Under the pieces are notes generated by a model. The model searched no databases. It was not told the DNA's origin and worked only from the letters and a program-made list of their open reading frames with translations. The translations under genes and the position numbers were made by a program. From Chiloscyllium plagiosum (lineage: Eukaryota), in the NCBI RefSeq assembly GCF_004010195.1, contig NC_057718.1, positions 68,372,425-68,436,400 on the forward strand: a DNA stretch of 63,976 nucleotides. Reading direction: 5' to 3'. This document shows, one piece after another, positions 12,864 through 25,327 of this stretch. The stretch's first letter is position 1, and each line of letters opens with the position of its first letter.

Positions 12864-14194
12864 CTTTACATCACAATAATGCACACAAGACAACCCTTGT
12901 CACTCCCCCACAGTCACATGCCCCTCAAGACACACAATTTCAGGAAACAATATAATGTAAATCATCCCATAATAGTCAACTCTGTTGCAAATCTTTTTTA
13001 ACTGCAGGAGTAGTCAAAATTCCAACTGTAATGCTCTTATTGATTTTGCATGGGATGATGATGTGAATGTAAATTATCTTTGAATAATAGGAGATGGCCA
13101 TGTAAATGGCTCTGAATGGCAAGGGATGTGAATGTAAATTCACTTACATTCTACCTGTAGAACAGAGACATCCCACCATAGCCTTGGGACATACAATTTC
13201 CTGCAGGTCAGTAGAGCAAATTAATTCCTTAATATCACACCTGGGCTGGAGAATTTCATTATGGAGAGAGAGAGATTGGACAGACTGGGGTTGTTTTTCT
13301 TAGAACAGTGGAGATTGAGAGAGGATGTGATTGAGATATTTTAAAAACAAAATGAGCAGTATAACTAGGAAGAAACTTTTCAGCATAATGGAGTGATCAG
13401 TGATTGGTAACACAGATTTAAGTCAAGGAGCAGAATGTTCACCGGAGAGGTGAGGAAAATCTTTTGCATCCAGAGGGTGGTGGAAATCTGGAAGTCTCTA
13501 TTTGTAAAGGTGGAATAGGCAGAAACCCTCATACTTAAGTATTTAGATGCATACTTGAGATGCCAAGGCATACAAGGCTATGGGCTAAGTGTCAGAAAAT
13601 AGGATTGGTATTGTTGTTTGAGTGGTGTGGACGCGATTGGCTGAAAGGTGTGCTGTACTTCTTTACCACTCTGTGCCTTTAAATGCCAGTGATATCTATT
13701 GTCTTTTCAAATTTGCATTTATTGATATTATACTAACTATTCATTTAGACATGGTACAAAGTCCAAACTATTGCTTCCATCTTCAGTGTTTCCATTGTCA
13801 GTCTGTGTCATCCTACTTGCAGTCAAATTAACACTTTACTCTCCAAGTCATTGTTTTTATTACAATATTTGCATTTCATCTCCCAAAGTCTGTTTCACAA
13901 GATAATCATTGTGGTAGTTTCACCAATCTCTGTTCTTTTAGAGGTAAAGATCTCATATCTCTAAGTTTATCCTTATAGTCAGAATCATTATTTCACTAAT
14001 TAGAGAATATCCTCTGTTTGGTCATGTTCTGGGTAATTGGTTCACCCAAATATTGGTTTTTGTAATAGAGTGGAAAGTGTTTAATCTTCTGATCTTGTTT
14101 GATTTTCACTGCTTAGCAGGCAAGCACCTTGAATCAATGGTACGAAAGCCTCTACTACTTCATTAAAGTTCATTTCAAAAAATGCAGCTTGTAT

Positions 14195-15290
14195 CTTTTT
14201 GGCAGAATCTTCCAAAAGTTGAAGGTTATCAGAAATTGCAGCGGAACCTTGATCAGCTGGGGAAGTGGGCTGAGAAATGGCAAGTGGGCGACATGGTGGC
14301 ACAGTGGTTAGCACTGCTGCCTCACAGTGCCTGAGACCAGGGTTCAATTTCCGCCTCAGGGGACTGACTGTGTGGAGTTTGCACGTTCTCCTCGTGTCTA
14401 CGTGGGTTTCCTCCCACAGTCCAAAGATGTGCAGGTCAGGTGAATTGGCCATGCTAAATTGCCCGTAGTGTTAGGTTAGGGGTATGGGTGGGTTTCGCTT
14501 CGGCGGGTCGGTGTGGACTTGTTGGGCCGAAGGGCCTGTTTCCACACTGTAATGTAATGTAATCTAATCTAAAGTGACGTTTAGTATAGATCGATGTGAG
14601 GTCTTGCATTTTGAAAAGTCAAGATAGGAGTTTCATGGTGAATGGTAGGGCGTTAAGGAGTATAGTGGAACAAAGGGCCCTCTTAGCTGAGGTTCACAGT
14701 TCTCTGAAAGTGGAGTCACAGACAGACAGGGCAGTGAAAAAACCTTTTGTCACCTGACCTTCGTCAGTCAAGACATAATTAAACATCCTTCCTATAGTAA
14801 GAGTACAAAAGAGGTTTGTAAGGATGTTGCCAGGGCTCGAGGGTCTGAGTTATCAGGAGAGGTTGGATGAGCTTGGACTTTTTCCTTTTATGACTCGGGA
14901 GACTGAGGGGGATCTTAGAAGTGTATAAGATCATGTGAGGCATGGATAGGATGAAGGTGCTCAGACTTTTTCATAGGGTGGGGAATCGAGGGTTAGAGGG
15001 CATCAGTTTAGGGTTAAGGGGAAAGAATAAAAGGGAACCTGAGGGGCAGTGTTTTTACATAGAGGGTGGTACGCATATGGAATGAGCTGCTGGTGGAAGT
15101 GATTGAGATGGGTACATTTAACTACAATTAAAAGGCATTTGGACAAATACATGGAGAGGAAAGGTTTAGAAAGATATGGGTCAAGTGCAGGGAAATGTGG
15201 TTAGCGTGGATGAACACTTTGTTCGGCATGGACCAGTTTGGGCTGAAGGGCCTATCTTCGTGCTGTAGGATTCTATGATTCCATGACTAT
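14195..15290 (+). mobile_element. CR1 3' fragment interrupted by an HE1 SINE
   Basis: LQRNLDQLGKWAEKWQV|TFSIDRCEVLHF rejoins across the SINE. 3' end ttctatgattccatgact. Confidence 0.9.
14284..14571 (+). mobile_element. HE1-type SINE, full length
   Basis: A box tggcacagtgg, B box ggttcaatttcc, tail (aatgt/aatct)n, short aagtg duplication at both flanks. Confidence 0.93.
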
Positions 15291-16309
15291 ACTTCATGGC
15301 AATGCTTTGAAAATAATGAGGGATGAGTTCTTAATTATTCTTTTGGCTTTTTAGAGTTTGCTTCATTTGTTTTCCTGACTTTTTTCTTGTAGGTTATCAT
15401 ACAAATATTTTGAACCTCATAACGCCTTTAGATACATTTCTGAATCTAATTTCTTCTACAAATTTGCAGCATTTCCCAATAAAACAAATTATATAATTTA
15501 TGATATTTTTGGTACATGCTTATTTCACCCATTCAATAAGTCCACCTCCAGCACCACTAGGTCCAGTGACTGTTTGTTTCATACCATTCCTGAAACCTCT
15601 TCTTCGGATTGACAGTGTTGTTCTTTATAGGTTTTGTTCATGGCTTCCTGTGTGATGCCATATTAGTTTTCTACAATCATCATTTTGCACTTGGGTCACT
15701 TTCAAAACTCTGCTTTTTGTTTCAATTTTAACTAAAATAACTGCCGAGTTTCTGTAAGAAGGTTAAGCAGTTATGAACATGGTTTGGTGAATCTGTGGTT
15801 AACATTTACACACCCGATTTAAAGGTTAGGGCTACAAATAAGAGCGTAAAAGAGAGAGAACACTATAGCAATGATGGTGAGCATTTATCTAATGCTTTCA
15901 TCACCTCAATGTGCTGAAGCAGCTGTGCAATCTATGTAACAATGTAGGGAAATGCAGTAGCCAATTGTTAATAGCAAGGTATCACAAACAACAACAACGT
16001 TCATAACTAAATCTGTTTTTGGTGATTCTCATTGAGGGATGAATATTAACAAAAGCAGATGTGTACACCTATGTAGATGGAAGCAGAAATTACAAAAGTA
16101 TCTTTCTGTTTAAAGTTCATCAACCTGAAATCTTAACCTGTGTCATTTTGCATGGATGCTGCTTTATCGTTGTCCGTCTGTTTCTATCTGGAGTTTAACT
16201 TCATTCTATAACAGCAGGTTAATTCATAGAACAAATTAACAATTGCTGGAATTGAAATCTAAGTGTAAACATTTCTTAAAATATCTAGTTAAACAGTCAG
16301 GTGAATTCG

Positions 16310-16565
16310 AGTGGCCACAGTAGCTAGCACTGTTGCTCCACAGTGCTAGTGACTCTGGTTCAATTCCTGCCTTGGGCAACTCTCTGTTTGGAGTTTGCAT
16401 AGTGTGTGGGTTTCCTCCAGTTGCTCTTGTTTTCTCCCACAGTTGAGAGATGTGTATGTTAGGTGGATTGGCTATGGTAAAAATTGCCTCACATAATCCA
16501 GGGATGTACAGGTTAGGTAGGTTAGCCATGGCATAAACCTTACATAGGGCTACAGGAATGGGTTG
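16310..16565 (+). mobile_element. Older tRNA-derived SINE (HE1-related)
   Basis: gtggccacagtagctagcactgttgctccacagtgctagtgactctggttcaattcc head. Confidence 0.7.
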
Positions 16566-16932
16566 GGAGATCAGTCCAGCCCTTAGGTCAAAATCCTGGA
16601 ATTTCTTCCCTATCGGCATGAAGTAACAGCAACATATTTCCAAGCTACACTCCTGATTTGTGCCTTCTAGACAGTGGACAGACTTTAGGAAGTCATGAGG
16701 GGAGTTACTTACCATAGTATTCCTAGCCTCTGACCTGCTCTTGTAGCCACTATGATGAGTCTAGTTGAACTTCTGGTCAATGGTAACCACAAGTACTTTG
16801 ATAGTGGGTGATTCACTGATGGTGACACCATTGAATTACTATAATTATAGTAATTTGATAGTACAGACATGAATATTGCTGTCAAATCTTTTCAGCATGC
16901 ACTCATGAGGATACTTCACAAGAAATAAAAGA

Positions 16933-17130
16933 TTAAAAATCACACAACACCAGGTTATAGTCCAACAGGTTTAATTGGAAGCACACTAGCTTTTGGAGCG
17001 ACGCTCCATCAGCTGGTAGCGTCGCTCCGAAAGCTAGTGTGATTCCAATTAAACCTGTTGGATTATAACCTGGTGTTGTGTGATTTTTAACTTGGTACAC
17101 CCCAGTCCAACACCAGCATCTCCAAATCAT
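16933..17130. mobile_element. PLE family B fold-back mini-element
   Basis: About 70-bp inverted arms meeting in hammerhead stem II (gagcgacgct...agcgtcgctcc), plus a one-sided tail ccagtccaacaccagcatctccaaatc. Confidence 0.88.
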
Positions 17131-17299
17131 AACTTAAAAGAACATTTGTACTATCCATGAGGAGAATACCGATTAGTTGCCAAGTGGATTCTGGTGAAGG
17201 TATTGCCATGAAGAATGCTCAGGTTAGACAACTGACCTCATTTAACACAACATAATAGATTCAATTTGCAGGTTTATGCTTCAACCAATTTGTCAGCTC

Positions 17300-17570
17300 C
17301 TTGGTTTAAAATTCAACAGATTCAAGAACAACTTCTTTCCCACTTTATCAGACTTTTTTGTATGGACCTCTCAAATGTTGATCTTGCTGTCCCCCTCCCC
17401 CGGCCATTTCTCCCTCCCCCGCCATCTCTCCCCAGTTGTCTGCAGCTGTAACGTAATCTGCATTCTGCTACCTGATGTACTGCATATGGTACAAACTGCC
17501 TGTATGGCATGCACGTCAATACTTTTCACTGTATTTTGGTATATGTGACAATACATCAAAACAAAATTTA
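17300..17570 (+). mobile_element. Rex1/Babar-type LINE 3' end
   Basis: KFNRFKNNFFP and a 3'UTR homologous to 29470-29725 and 33390-33770. Confidence 0.72.
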
Positions 17571-17899
17571 AAGCTTGGCAGTTAATTGTAGCCATAATCT
17601 AATTGGTATGTTCTCCAACTGTTGGGTATCATTTAACTAGTCTATTCTACATGGTAACATCTGTATTGATTACTGTCTACTTGCCAACAAATTAGCACAC
17701 TCTAAATTGGCACACTCTCTTTATATTGGTAGTTTTTAAAAGTAGTCCTGGTGAGTGCAAGACAAAGACTTTTGTCTTTGTAGCCATGTTCAATGTATAA
17801 TTACATTGAGTGCATCACACAAAATAATTTGAGCGCCTTGCATGGCAACAAGAACCACGTTTTTTCCAAAAATAACAGAAATAAAAAGTAAGGCCAAAA

Positions 17900-18960
17900 A
17901 GTAGGAGCAGAAGTAGGCCATTCAATGTGGTTATGGCTAATCTAATAATCCTCCATTCCACTTGCTTAACTTATCCCCATAACCCTTGATTCCTTTGGCA
18001 AATAAGAATCTGTCTTATCTCAGTCTTGAATTACTCAATGATCCAGCCATCTGTGGTAGAGGCATCTAGATGGGTACATGAAGAGGAAGGGTTTAGAGGA
18101 ATATGGCCAAGTGCTGGAAAATGGGATGAGATTAGGTTAGGCTATCTGATCAACATGGATGAGTTGGATAGAAGGGTCTGTTTCTCTGCTGTACATCTGT
18201 GACAAGTCCAACTTACTCAATAAAAGAGCAAAACAGTGTAGATGCTGGAAATCTGAAACAACCTGCTCAATCTGTTTTCATAAGAAGATCCCACCATGCC
18301 TGGGATCAGCCTAGTGAACCTCCTGTGGACTGCATCTAGTGCCCTTTTATCTTTCCTTGGATAAGGGGACCAAACTTCTTTCCCATTTTCCATGGTATTC
18401 TTCAGTTTTTGAGGAAGGATCATCAGACCAGTGACAAACATTAACTCTGTTTTCTCCCCACTGGTGTTTTCAGACTTTCTGAATTTTTCCAATGATTTCT
18501 GTTTTCTTCTACAATATTTCAAGTGTGATGTGCTGAGTGTCCTGTATAGTTTTAGCAAGATCTCCCTATTTTTATACTCCATTCTACTGGAAATAAGGGC
18601 CAACATTCAACTTGGATTTGTGGTTTGTGCACTAGAAGCCCTAAATCTGTCTGTGCTGCAGCTTTCTGCAGTCTTTCTCCATTTAAGTAATGTTCAGCTT
18701 TTCCTGCTTAAACCTCACATTTTTGCACACTGAATTCTATCTGCTAGGCTTTTGCCCACTGGCTTAACCTGCCTATATCCTCTTCTTATTATCCTTGCTA
18801 CTTGCCTTCCCACCCATTTTTGAGTCTTACATCAATTTTTCAATCATACATTCACGTCCCTCATCCAAATTATTAATATATATTAAATAATGGTGGCCTC
18901 AGCACTGATTTCCAGGCACTCCACTAGTCACAAGTTGCTCCCCTGAAAAAGCCTCTTTTA
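17900..18960 (-). mobile_element. Degenerate CR1 (-) with nested CR1 3' end (+, about 18059-18203) and PLE family D pieces
   Basis: Minus ORF reads MEYKNREILLKLYRTL..HLKYC and WSPYPRKDKRALDAVHRRFTRLIPG. Confidence 0.75.
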
Positions 18961-19387
18961 TAACCAATTCTGTTTTCTATTAGTCATTCTAAAATGCTAT
19001 TCCTAAAATTCAAACTTGACATTTTACCTGAGAACATCAATCTGAATCATTGGGCTGGACTTTCAGTATGTAGTCGAATTTGGAAAGGTTGTGGGGTGCA
19101 ATTTAGAAATAGGGAGAGGATAACTCTTGATCCTAATGTCTCTGGGATGTGCTCCATTTTCAGATGGTGGGAAGAAGTGGATTAAACGTAATCTGCTTTA
19201 TAGCTCTTTTAAGGAATTTATTAATGGCCCAAGTAGGACAACATTGCCATTTTCAAAACTTGGATTTGTTGAACCAAATAGTTTAGTAAACTTCAGTGCA
19301 GAACTGTTAGATTCAAAACAGCCACCGATGTGGGATGTACTTCATTGCTGTTCGGTATTTGACATTTAATCTGCTTGTGGTAAATGC

Positions 19388-19605
19388 ACCTCACCTGTGA
19401 CTATCAATGATCCAAATATCTCAGCAAGAGGCTAATACAATTGCAATATTTAAAAGGCATCTGGATGGGTATATGAATAGGAAGGGTTTGGAGAGATATG
19501 GCCCAGGTGCTGGAATCGGACTAGATTGGGTTGGGATATCTGGTCGGCATGGACAAGTTGGACTGAAATGTCTGTATCCATACTGTACATCTCTATGACT
19601 CTATG
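19388..19605 (+). mobile_element. Short CR1 3' end preceded by an inverted internal CR1 piece
   Basis: 19388-19430 matches 26745-26788 in the same orientation (antisense ORF2). 19431-19605 is a sense 3' end finishing ctctatgactctatga. Confidence 0.85.
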
Positions 19606-20658
19606 ACCCGCGAAGGTACTGCCTCTCTCTTTGGCAAGACAGTGGCAGGTGCTTTTGCTGATTTTACTATACACGTACCACCCGAAGATGCTGGTCACTA
19701 CTAATTGGGCTTTTCAAAATAGTGTCTTGGTGTGAGGTCACTACCTTGGAAATTATCTTGGCGTTAGATTTCTGAATCATTTTGGAAATTTTGCAGTTAA
19801 CTTTTGTTGCTGTATCCACAGATGCTTTCAGTTCTCCTGAGCGTTTCCAGCCTCTGTTTATTTCTGATTCCCAGTTGTACACTGTTTTCATAATATGGCT
19901 GCATTCTCATCGGTTTGTTACTCTTCCACTTTTTTCTTATATTGAAAATGTGATTGGTGTTCTCAAAGCACCTTGCTTGACTTGCCACTTTAATAAACAA
20001 GTATAATATCTAACTCTTCAGCAGCCACCGATGTGGGATGTATTTCATTGCTGTTCGGTATTTGACATTTAATCTGCTTGCGGTAAATGCTTAGTGTGTC
20101 TGCTGGCACTAACAGCCCAGAATGGGAAAGCAAACAATGGTCATGTGATTCTTTGGTCAATTGATTGTCCACTTACCTTACCATTTCCTAAGGCTCCAGT
20201 AGTGAACCACATCAAGCAAGATTGCTTTTTCTGAGGAATGATTGATTGTGCCTTGAAGCTTCCAGCAAAGAGAATCTGACTCTTCAAAATATGCACCCAT
20301 AACAAAAGGATTAATTTCTGATAGATTGAGAAAGAAGCATTTAAAGAGCTCTTAAATTATATAAGCAGTTCTAAGTTTAATGTTTATAAAGAAAATAGTT
20401 TACAATACTTGGAATAGTTCATTTAATTGTCATTCTATTGACTTGAGATTTAACATTAAAGTGCTTTTATTGGATGTTTTCCCAAACACATTGTGCTTTT
20501 TATGTTTTAATTGTGACTAGGTGAATAAAATGATTGCAGTTGAAGCCTGTGAACAGTGTACATTGTTTTAAGTGCCATGTAATGTAAAGGCTATACTTTG
20601 TCTCTTGTTTATTGGAAACCTCTCAAGATACTGCAAGTGAAATTATTACTTTGAAGTG

Positions 20659-20994
20659 ATGATTCGGAGATGCCGGTGTTGGATTGGGGTGTACAAAGTT
20701 AAAAATCACACAACACCAGGTTATAGTTTGGTGGGCGGCACGGTGGCACAGTGGTTAGCACTGCTGCCTCACAGCGCCAGAGACCCGGGGTGACTAGCTT
20801 TCGGAGCGACGCTCCTTCATCAGGTGACTAGCTTTCGGAGCGACGCTCCTTCATCAGGTGACTAGCTTTCGGAGCGACGCTCCTTCATCAGGTGATTGTC
20901 TATCACCTGATGAAGGAGCGTCGCTCCGAAAGCTAGTGTGCTTCTAATTAAACCTGTTGGACTATAACCTGGTGTTGTGTGATTTTTAACTTTG
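20659..20994. mobile_element. PLE family B fold-back element with 3 tandem hammerhead units and an HE1 head fragment
   Basis: 12-bp TSD tactttgaagtg (20647-20658 / 20995-21006). Three exact 34-bp units at 20789-20890. SINE head at 20731-20789. Confidence 0.88.
20904..20938 (+). ncRNA. Minimal type-I hammerhead ribozyme motif (family B)
   Basis: cac-CTGATGA-a-GGAGC-gtc-GCTCC-GAAA-gc-TA-gtg: complete core, 5-bp stem II, 3-bp stem I, and palindromic AGCT in place of stem III. Confidence 0.8.
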
Positions 20995-21689
20995 TACTTT
21001 GAAGTGTGTTGACATATGTAGGCAGAAACCAGTACTTTGCCCACAAAATTGAAAAAAAACTTGTCAGATGAGTAACTAGTTAACCAATTTTTAGTGATAT
21101 GAGGGAGAAAGATTCAACAGAAGAAAATGTGATTTCCCTGCATGTCTTCAAATAGTACTACATCACATTCTATGAAATCTGTAGTTAGCTAATTATTTTG
21201 CCACCACATGCAATAGTACAGCTGCTCCATTTCTGTCTAGTCTGCCTGATACCAAATTTTCAGTGAACCAGAATTTCAATCATTTATGCAGGTGCACTCA
21301 AAGTGATCTTTGTTTTATTAAGTGTAGTTCTACTACTACCAAATTGAGTTGTACTTGTTGCTATGATATAATAAATCACCATGTTATTGAATACCTCTTT
21401 TGTAGTTACTCTGTTGCATCCTCTACCACTAATAATTAGATAGTTGCAAGACAAAAGATTGGTGCTAGCAAGCCACATCAGACAACCCTTAGCAGTGCCA
21501 CATACTGGTAGAAATGACAAATACAAAATGTGCCAGGCATGATCACCTGGGAAAATAGAGTTCTCTTTCTTTTTCCCCATCAGAGCCTAATCATTCAATT
21601 TTGTTGCATTCATGAATTATTTGGGCAGGCTTCACGCAAACCATGTATTTTCAGTTATTTGCTCAAACCTTTGCTGAGGCACATCCTGT

Positions 21690-22235
21690 TTTCACCAAGA
21701 TCTTTTTAAATCCACCTCCAAATCATTCCCTGCTTCATCACTCTGACAGATGTTGAAACTCTTATCCATCTTTTTGTCACTTGCAGGCTTAACTTTTCTA
21801 AAATCTTCCTAGTCAGGTTACTGAGATCAATCCTTCACAAAATTCATTTTAGCAAGAGCTTTGCCAACTAGATCTATTGTACCAGTTATTTGTACTCTTT
21901 GTGCTTTTAATTCATTCAGGCCAGGCCAGCATTCATTACCCTTCAGAAGCTAGTGGTGAGATACTGTACACCACTGTTCATAATGCAAATATTTTAAATG
22001 TTCATCCTTTCTTTTACAGGTGCCTGCATCCTACCCCATATTGATTTTTATCTCACAGGTTTACACTTTAGCTCATGCACTGTTTTCTAAGTTTTCGAGC
22101 CATGTTTTTTTCTTCTCGTATTACACTGACTTCAGAATTCATGGCTGGGCCATCAGCCAACATGGCACTAAGATTCATTTCTTGACTTCCTCTGTTTGCC
22201 CCTCTTTTGATCCTTAGTTTCCTGGAACGCTGCTA
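21690..22235 (+). mobile_element. Ancient L2-like LINE remnant
   Basis: ETLIHLFVTCRLNFS resembles the L2 LIHAFVTSRLDY motif. Very decayed. Confidence 0.45.
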
Positions 22236-22252
22236 CTTTAATCAATGCTTTG

Positions 22253-22370
22253 ATGTACAGCATGGAAACAGACCCTTCAGTCCAACTCATCTATGCTGAC
22301 CAGATCTCCCAACCTAATCTAGTCTCATTTACCAGCACTGGGCCCATATCCCTCTAAACAGTTCCTATTT
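22253..22370 (-). mobile_element. CR1 3' end
   Basis: gatgtacagcatggaaacagacccttcagtccaactc is the reverse CR1 tail. Confidence 0.88.
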
Positions 22371-22509
22371 CAGACAGCAGTGTCGGTTACTTTCTCTGAC
22401 CTTGTGTTCTCTAAATCTTTCCAAAGTCCTGCTCCTATTGTATCAGCTTCTGTGAACTAACTTGATATATGTTATTACATTGAAGTTGTGACGCAGCTGT
22501 AATGTATTA

Positions 22510-23490
22510 CATAGAAACATCGCAAACAGGAGCCAGAATAGGCCATTTGGCCCTTCAAACCTGCTCTACTCTTCAATATGATCATGGCTGATTATCCAAC
22601 TAGGTACCCTGTTCTTGATTTCTTCCTGTATCCTTAGATCTCTTTAGCTCGAAGAAATTTACCCAACACCACCTTGAAAACAGTCAATGTTTTGACCTTG
22701 ACTGCTTTCTATGGTAGAGAATTTCACATGCTCATCAGTTTCTGGAAGAAGAAATTTCTCCTCATCTCCGTCCTAAATGGCCCACCCCATATCCTTAGAG
22801 GGTGTGTACCCTAGTTCTGGACTCCCTGGTCAGCACACAGCTTCCTTCATTTATCATGTCTAGTCCTGTTAGAAATTTACGGGTTTCTATGAGATCCACC
22901 CCACCACCACCACCACCAAAATTCTCCGCAACTCCGGTGAATGTAATCCTTAGCAATTGAATGTCTCTTCAGATGTCAGTGCTGCTGCCTCCTGAATCGG
23001 TCTGGTAAACCTTTTGTTTCATTCCCTTCATAATCAAAACATTATTCTTCAGAAAGAGACCAAAATTGTACACAATACTTCTGGTGTAATCTCACCAAGG
23101 CCTTATACAGTTGCAGCAAGACATCTTAGTCCTGTACTTGAATCCTCTTGCTATGAAGGCAACAAACCATTTACCTACTGCATCTGACTGCTTACTTTCA
23201 GTGATTGATGTACAAAGACACCTTGGTCACATTGCACCCCTCTCTTTCCTAGTCTATCATGATTCAGAAAATCCACTTGCCTGTTTTTTCTACCAAAATG
23301 GATACCTTCACAATTATCCATATTATACTTCATCTGCCATGTATTTGCCCACTCACTCAACCTATCAAAATAACACTGAAGCATCTCTTCATCATTCTAA
23401 CCGTTCACCTCCCACCTAGATTTGTGTCATCTGGAGATATTACATTTAGTTCGCTCACATAAATCATTAATATGTGTTGTGAATAGTTGG
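22510..23490 (-). mobile_element. CR1 LINE 3' fragment (second subfamily)
   Basis: Minus ORF LQCYFDRLSEWANTWQMKYNMDNCEGIHFGRKNR. Confidence 0.85.
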
Positions 23491-24837
23491 CGTCAATCAC
23501 TGAGGCTACTCAGAAAATCACCTGTTTATTCCTGTGTTTTCTTGTCTGCCTGCCTATATCAATATTCTTTAGCGCTGTCCATCATGTCATCGCTGATTGT
23601 TGCACCCTCTCAATATCCTTGCTGAAATCACCCAGTATTAGGAGAGTTTGTTTGGCTTAACTGTGCATTTTTCTAACCAGCTGAGCCACTGGGCAAGTCT
23701 TGTGCCCAAATCTTTAATTGTTTTCATGGTGTAAATTTCCACCCATTGATATTTATTCTCTTTAGTCACGTACCATCTGCAGCTGTATGAATTGAGTGTA
23801 ATATTCCTCAAATAGTTCTTGGTAAAATTCATCTGAAAAGAAAGATGGAAAAAATGTTTCAAGTCATGGTCACTATTTTAGAAAGTATGTAAAGGCCGAG
23901 ACTTTAGTTTAGTAGAACTAGAGAAGCTGAGATTGTTCTCTTCAAAGCCAAGAAGGTCAAGGGGAGAATTAGTAGTGGTTTAGATCTGTGTGTTTTCCAA
24001 AGGGTAAATAAGAGGAAACTGTGGCAAAATAACCAGGGAGGAAATGAAAATATTGCTTATGAAGCAAAATAATTTGGAGAATATAACCTGAAAGGTTGTT
24101 GGAAGCAAATTCAATAGCAAATTTCAAATGGGATGTGTAGAGTGATCAGAAAGCATTACAGGGCCATGGCAAAAGGGAAGTAATTTGGGACAAATTGGAA
24201 AAGTCTTTTTTCTTGAAGAACTTACAGGGTCACAATAGATGCAATGGCTGTGCAGTTTGACTTAATGAGAATTACTTAACTGTACCCATTACCCCACCAT
24301 CTTTTTTGAGTTTCAATTATCATAAATGTGTCTCAATTGCACATGAACTAACATCAGGTGATTTCTTTTTTTGTCAGCGCTTCCTCCTAAGTTTGAACAG
24401 TTAAGCAAAAATCAATATTTACATACTGGAGATGTAAATTGACTGGCATTTTAGCCCGGGTTTTCCAGACAATATATAAAGTGAGTGCATGAAGTTGCAA
24501 AATAGGTAGTGATCTCTTCGCATTTTTCACAGTATCTAATTCCAGAGATCCCAATAAATGTTTACCATTCTGATGGCAGATGTGAGTAAAAGAAAGTTGG
24601 CACTATGTCCTATGGTTACGTCTCTTTAACTCAACAATTTCTGGTCAGAGTGGAGATAATTATATAATTCTTCCATCAATAACTTTATAATCAGTATCAA
24701 GCATTGGTTCCACGTGGTTAATTTGTAGGTAACTAATCTCCTTCCACTTACTGCATTTGCTGGCAAAATCATCACACTTCAGAGACTACTTTAGTTTTAT
24801 TAATCTCTGTTTGCTGTTCTTAGACTTTTTAAAACAA

Positions 24838-25100
24838 GATTTGGAGATGTTGGTGTTGGACTGGGGTGTACAAAGTTAAAAATCACACAACACCAGGTTG
24901 TAGTCCAACAGGTTTAATTGGAAGCACACTAGCTTTTGGAGTGCCACTCCTTCATTGTGTCCACTATCACCTGGTGAAGGAGCGGCGCTCCGAAAGCTAG
25001 TGTGCTTCCAGTTAAACCTGTTGGACTATAACCTGGTGTGAAAGCTAGTGTGCTTCCAGTTAAACCTGTTGGACTATAACCTGGTGTTGTGATTATTAAC
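24838..25100. mobile_element. PLE family B fold-back element with internal 48-bp tandem duplication
   Basis: Inverted arms. gaaagctagtgtgcttccagttaaacctgttggactataacctggtgt occurs twice in tandem. Flanking actttttaaa duplication. Confidence 0.86.
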
Positions 25101-25327
25101 TTTTTAAACCAGTGTAGTCTGCTTGATGTCCCTTGTTGTTAAATGAGCTCTGTTTGATGAGTAAATACATTTTGTTTGCCTTGCTGTTTAATAAGTAAAT
25201 AAACTGAGAATCCTACTTAGGTCCTGACTTACCTTCACTGCACTGACTGACACACTGACTCATAAAATGTCCATATTTTTGAAACGTTCACTGTTTGTGT
25301 TATTCCCATTATCCTAACACCTGTAGT

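Larger units (their letters stand above)
10800..13680 (+). mobile_element. Fragmented degenerate CR1 ORF2 (EN to RT, 3' end at 13270-13680) with nested insertions
   Basis: GVYNRPPNS, IVGDFNFPNI, LFKKGARNKPGNFRLVSLTLVVGKLL and a CR1 3' region. Non-CR1 sequence intervenes at about 12545-13270. Confidence 0.75.

Noticed and set aside
20789..20895. CRISPR-like array of palindromic 34-bp repeats
   Set aside because: The units are head-to-tail with no spacers, there are no cas genes, the context is vertebrate, and the unit is a PLE hammerhead.
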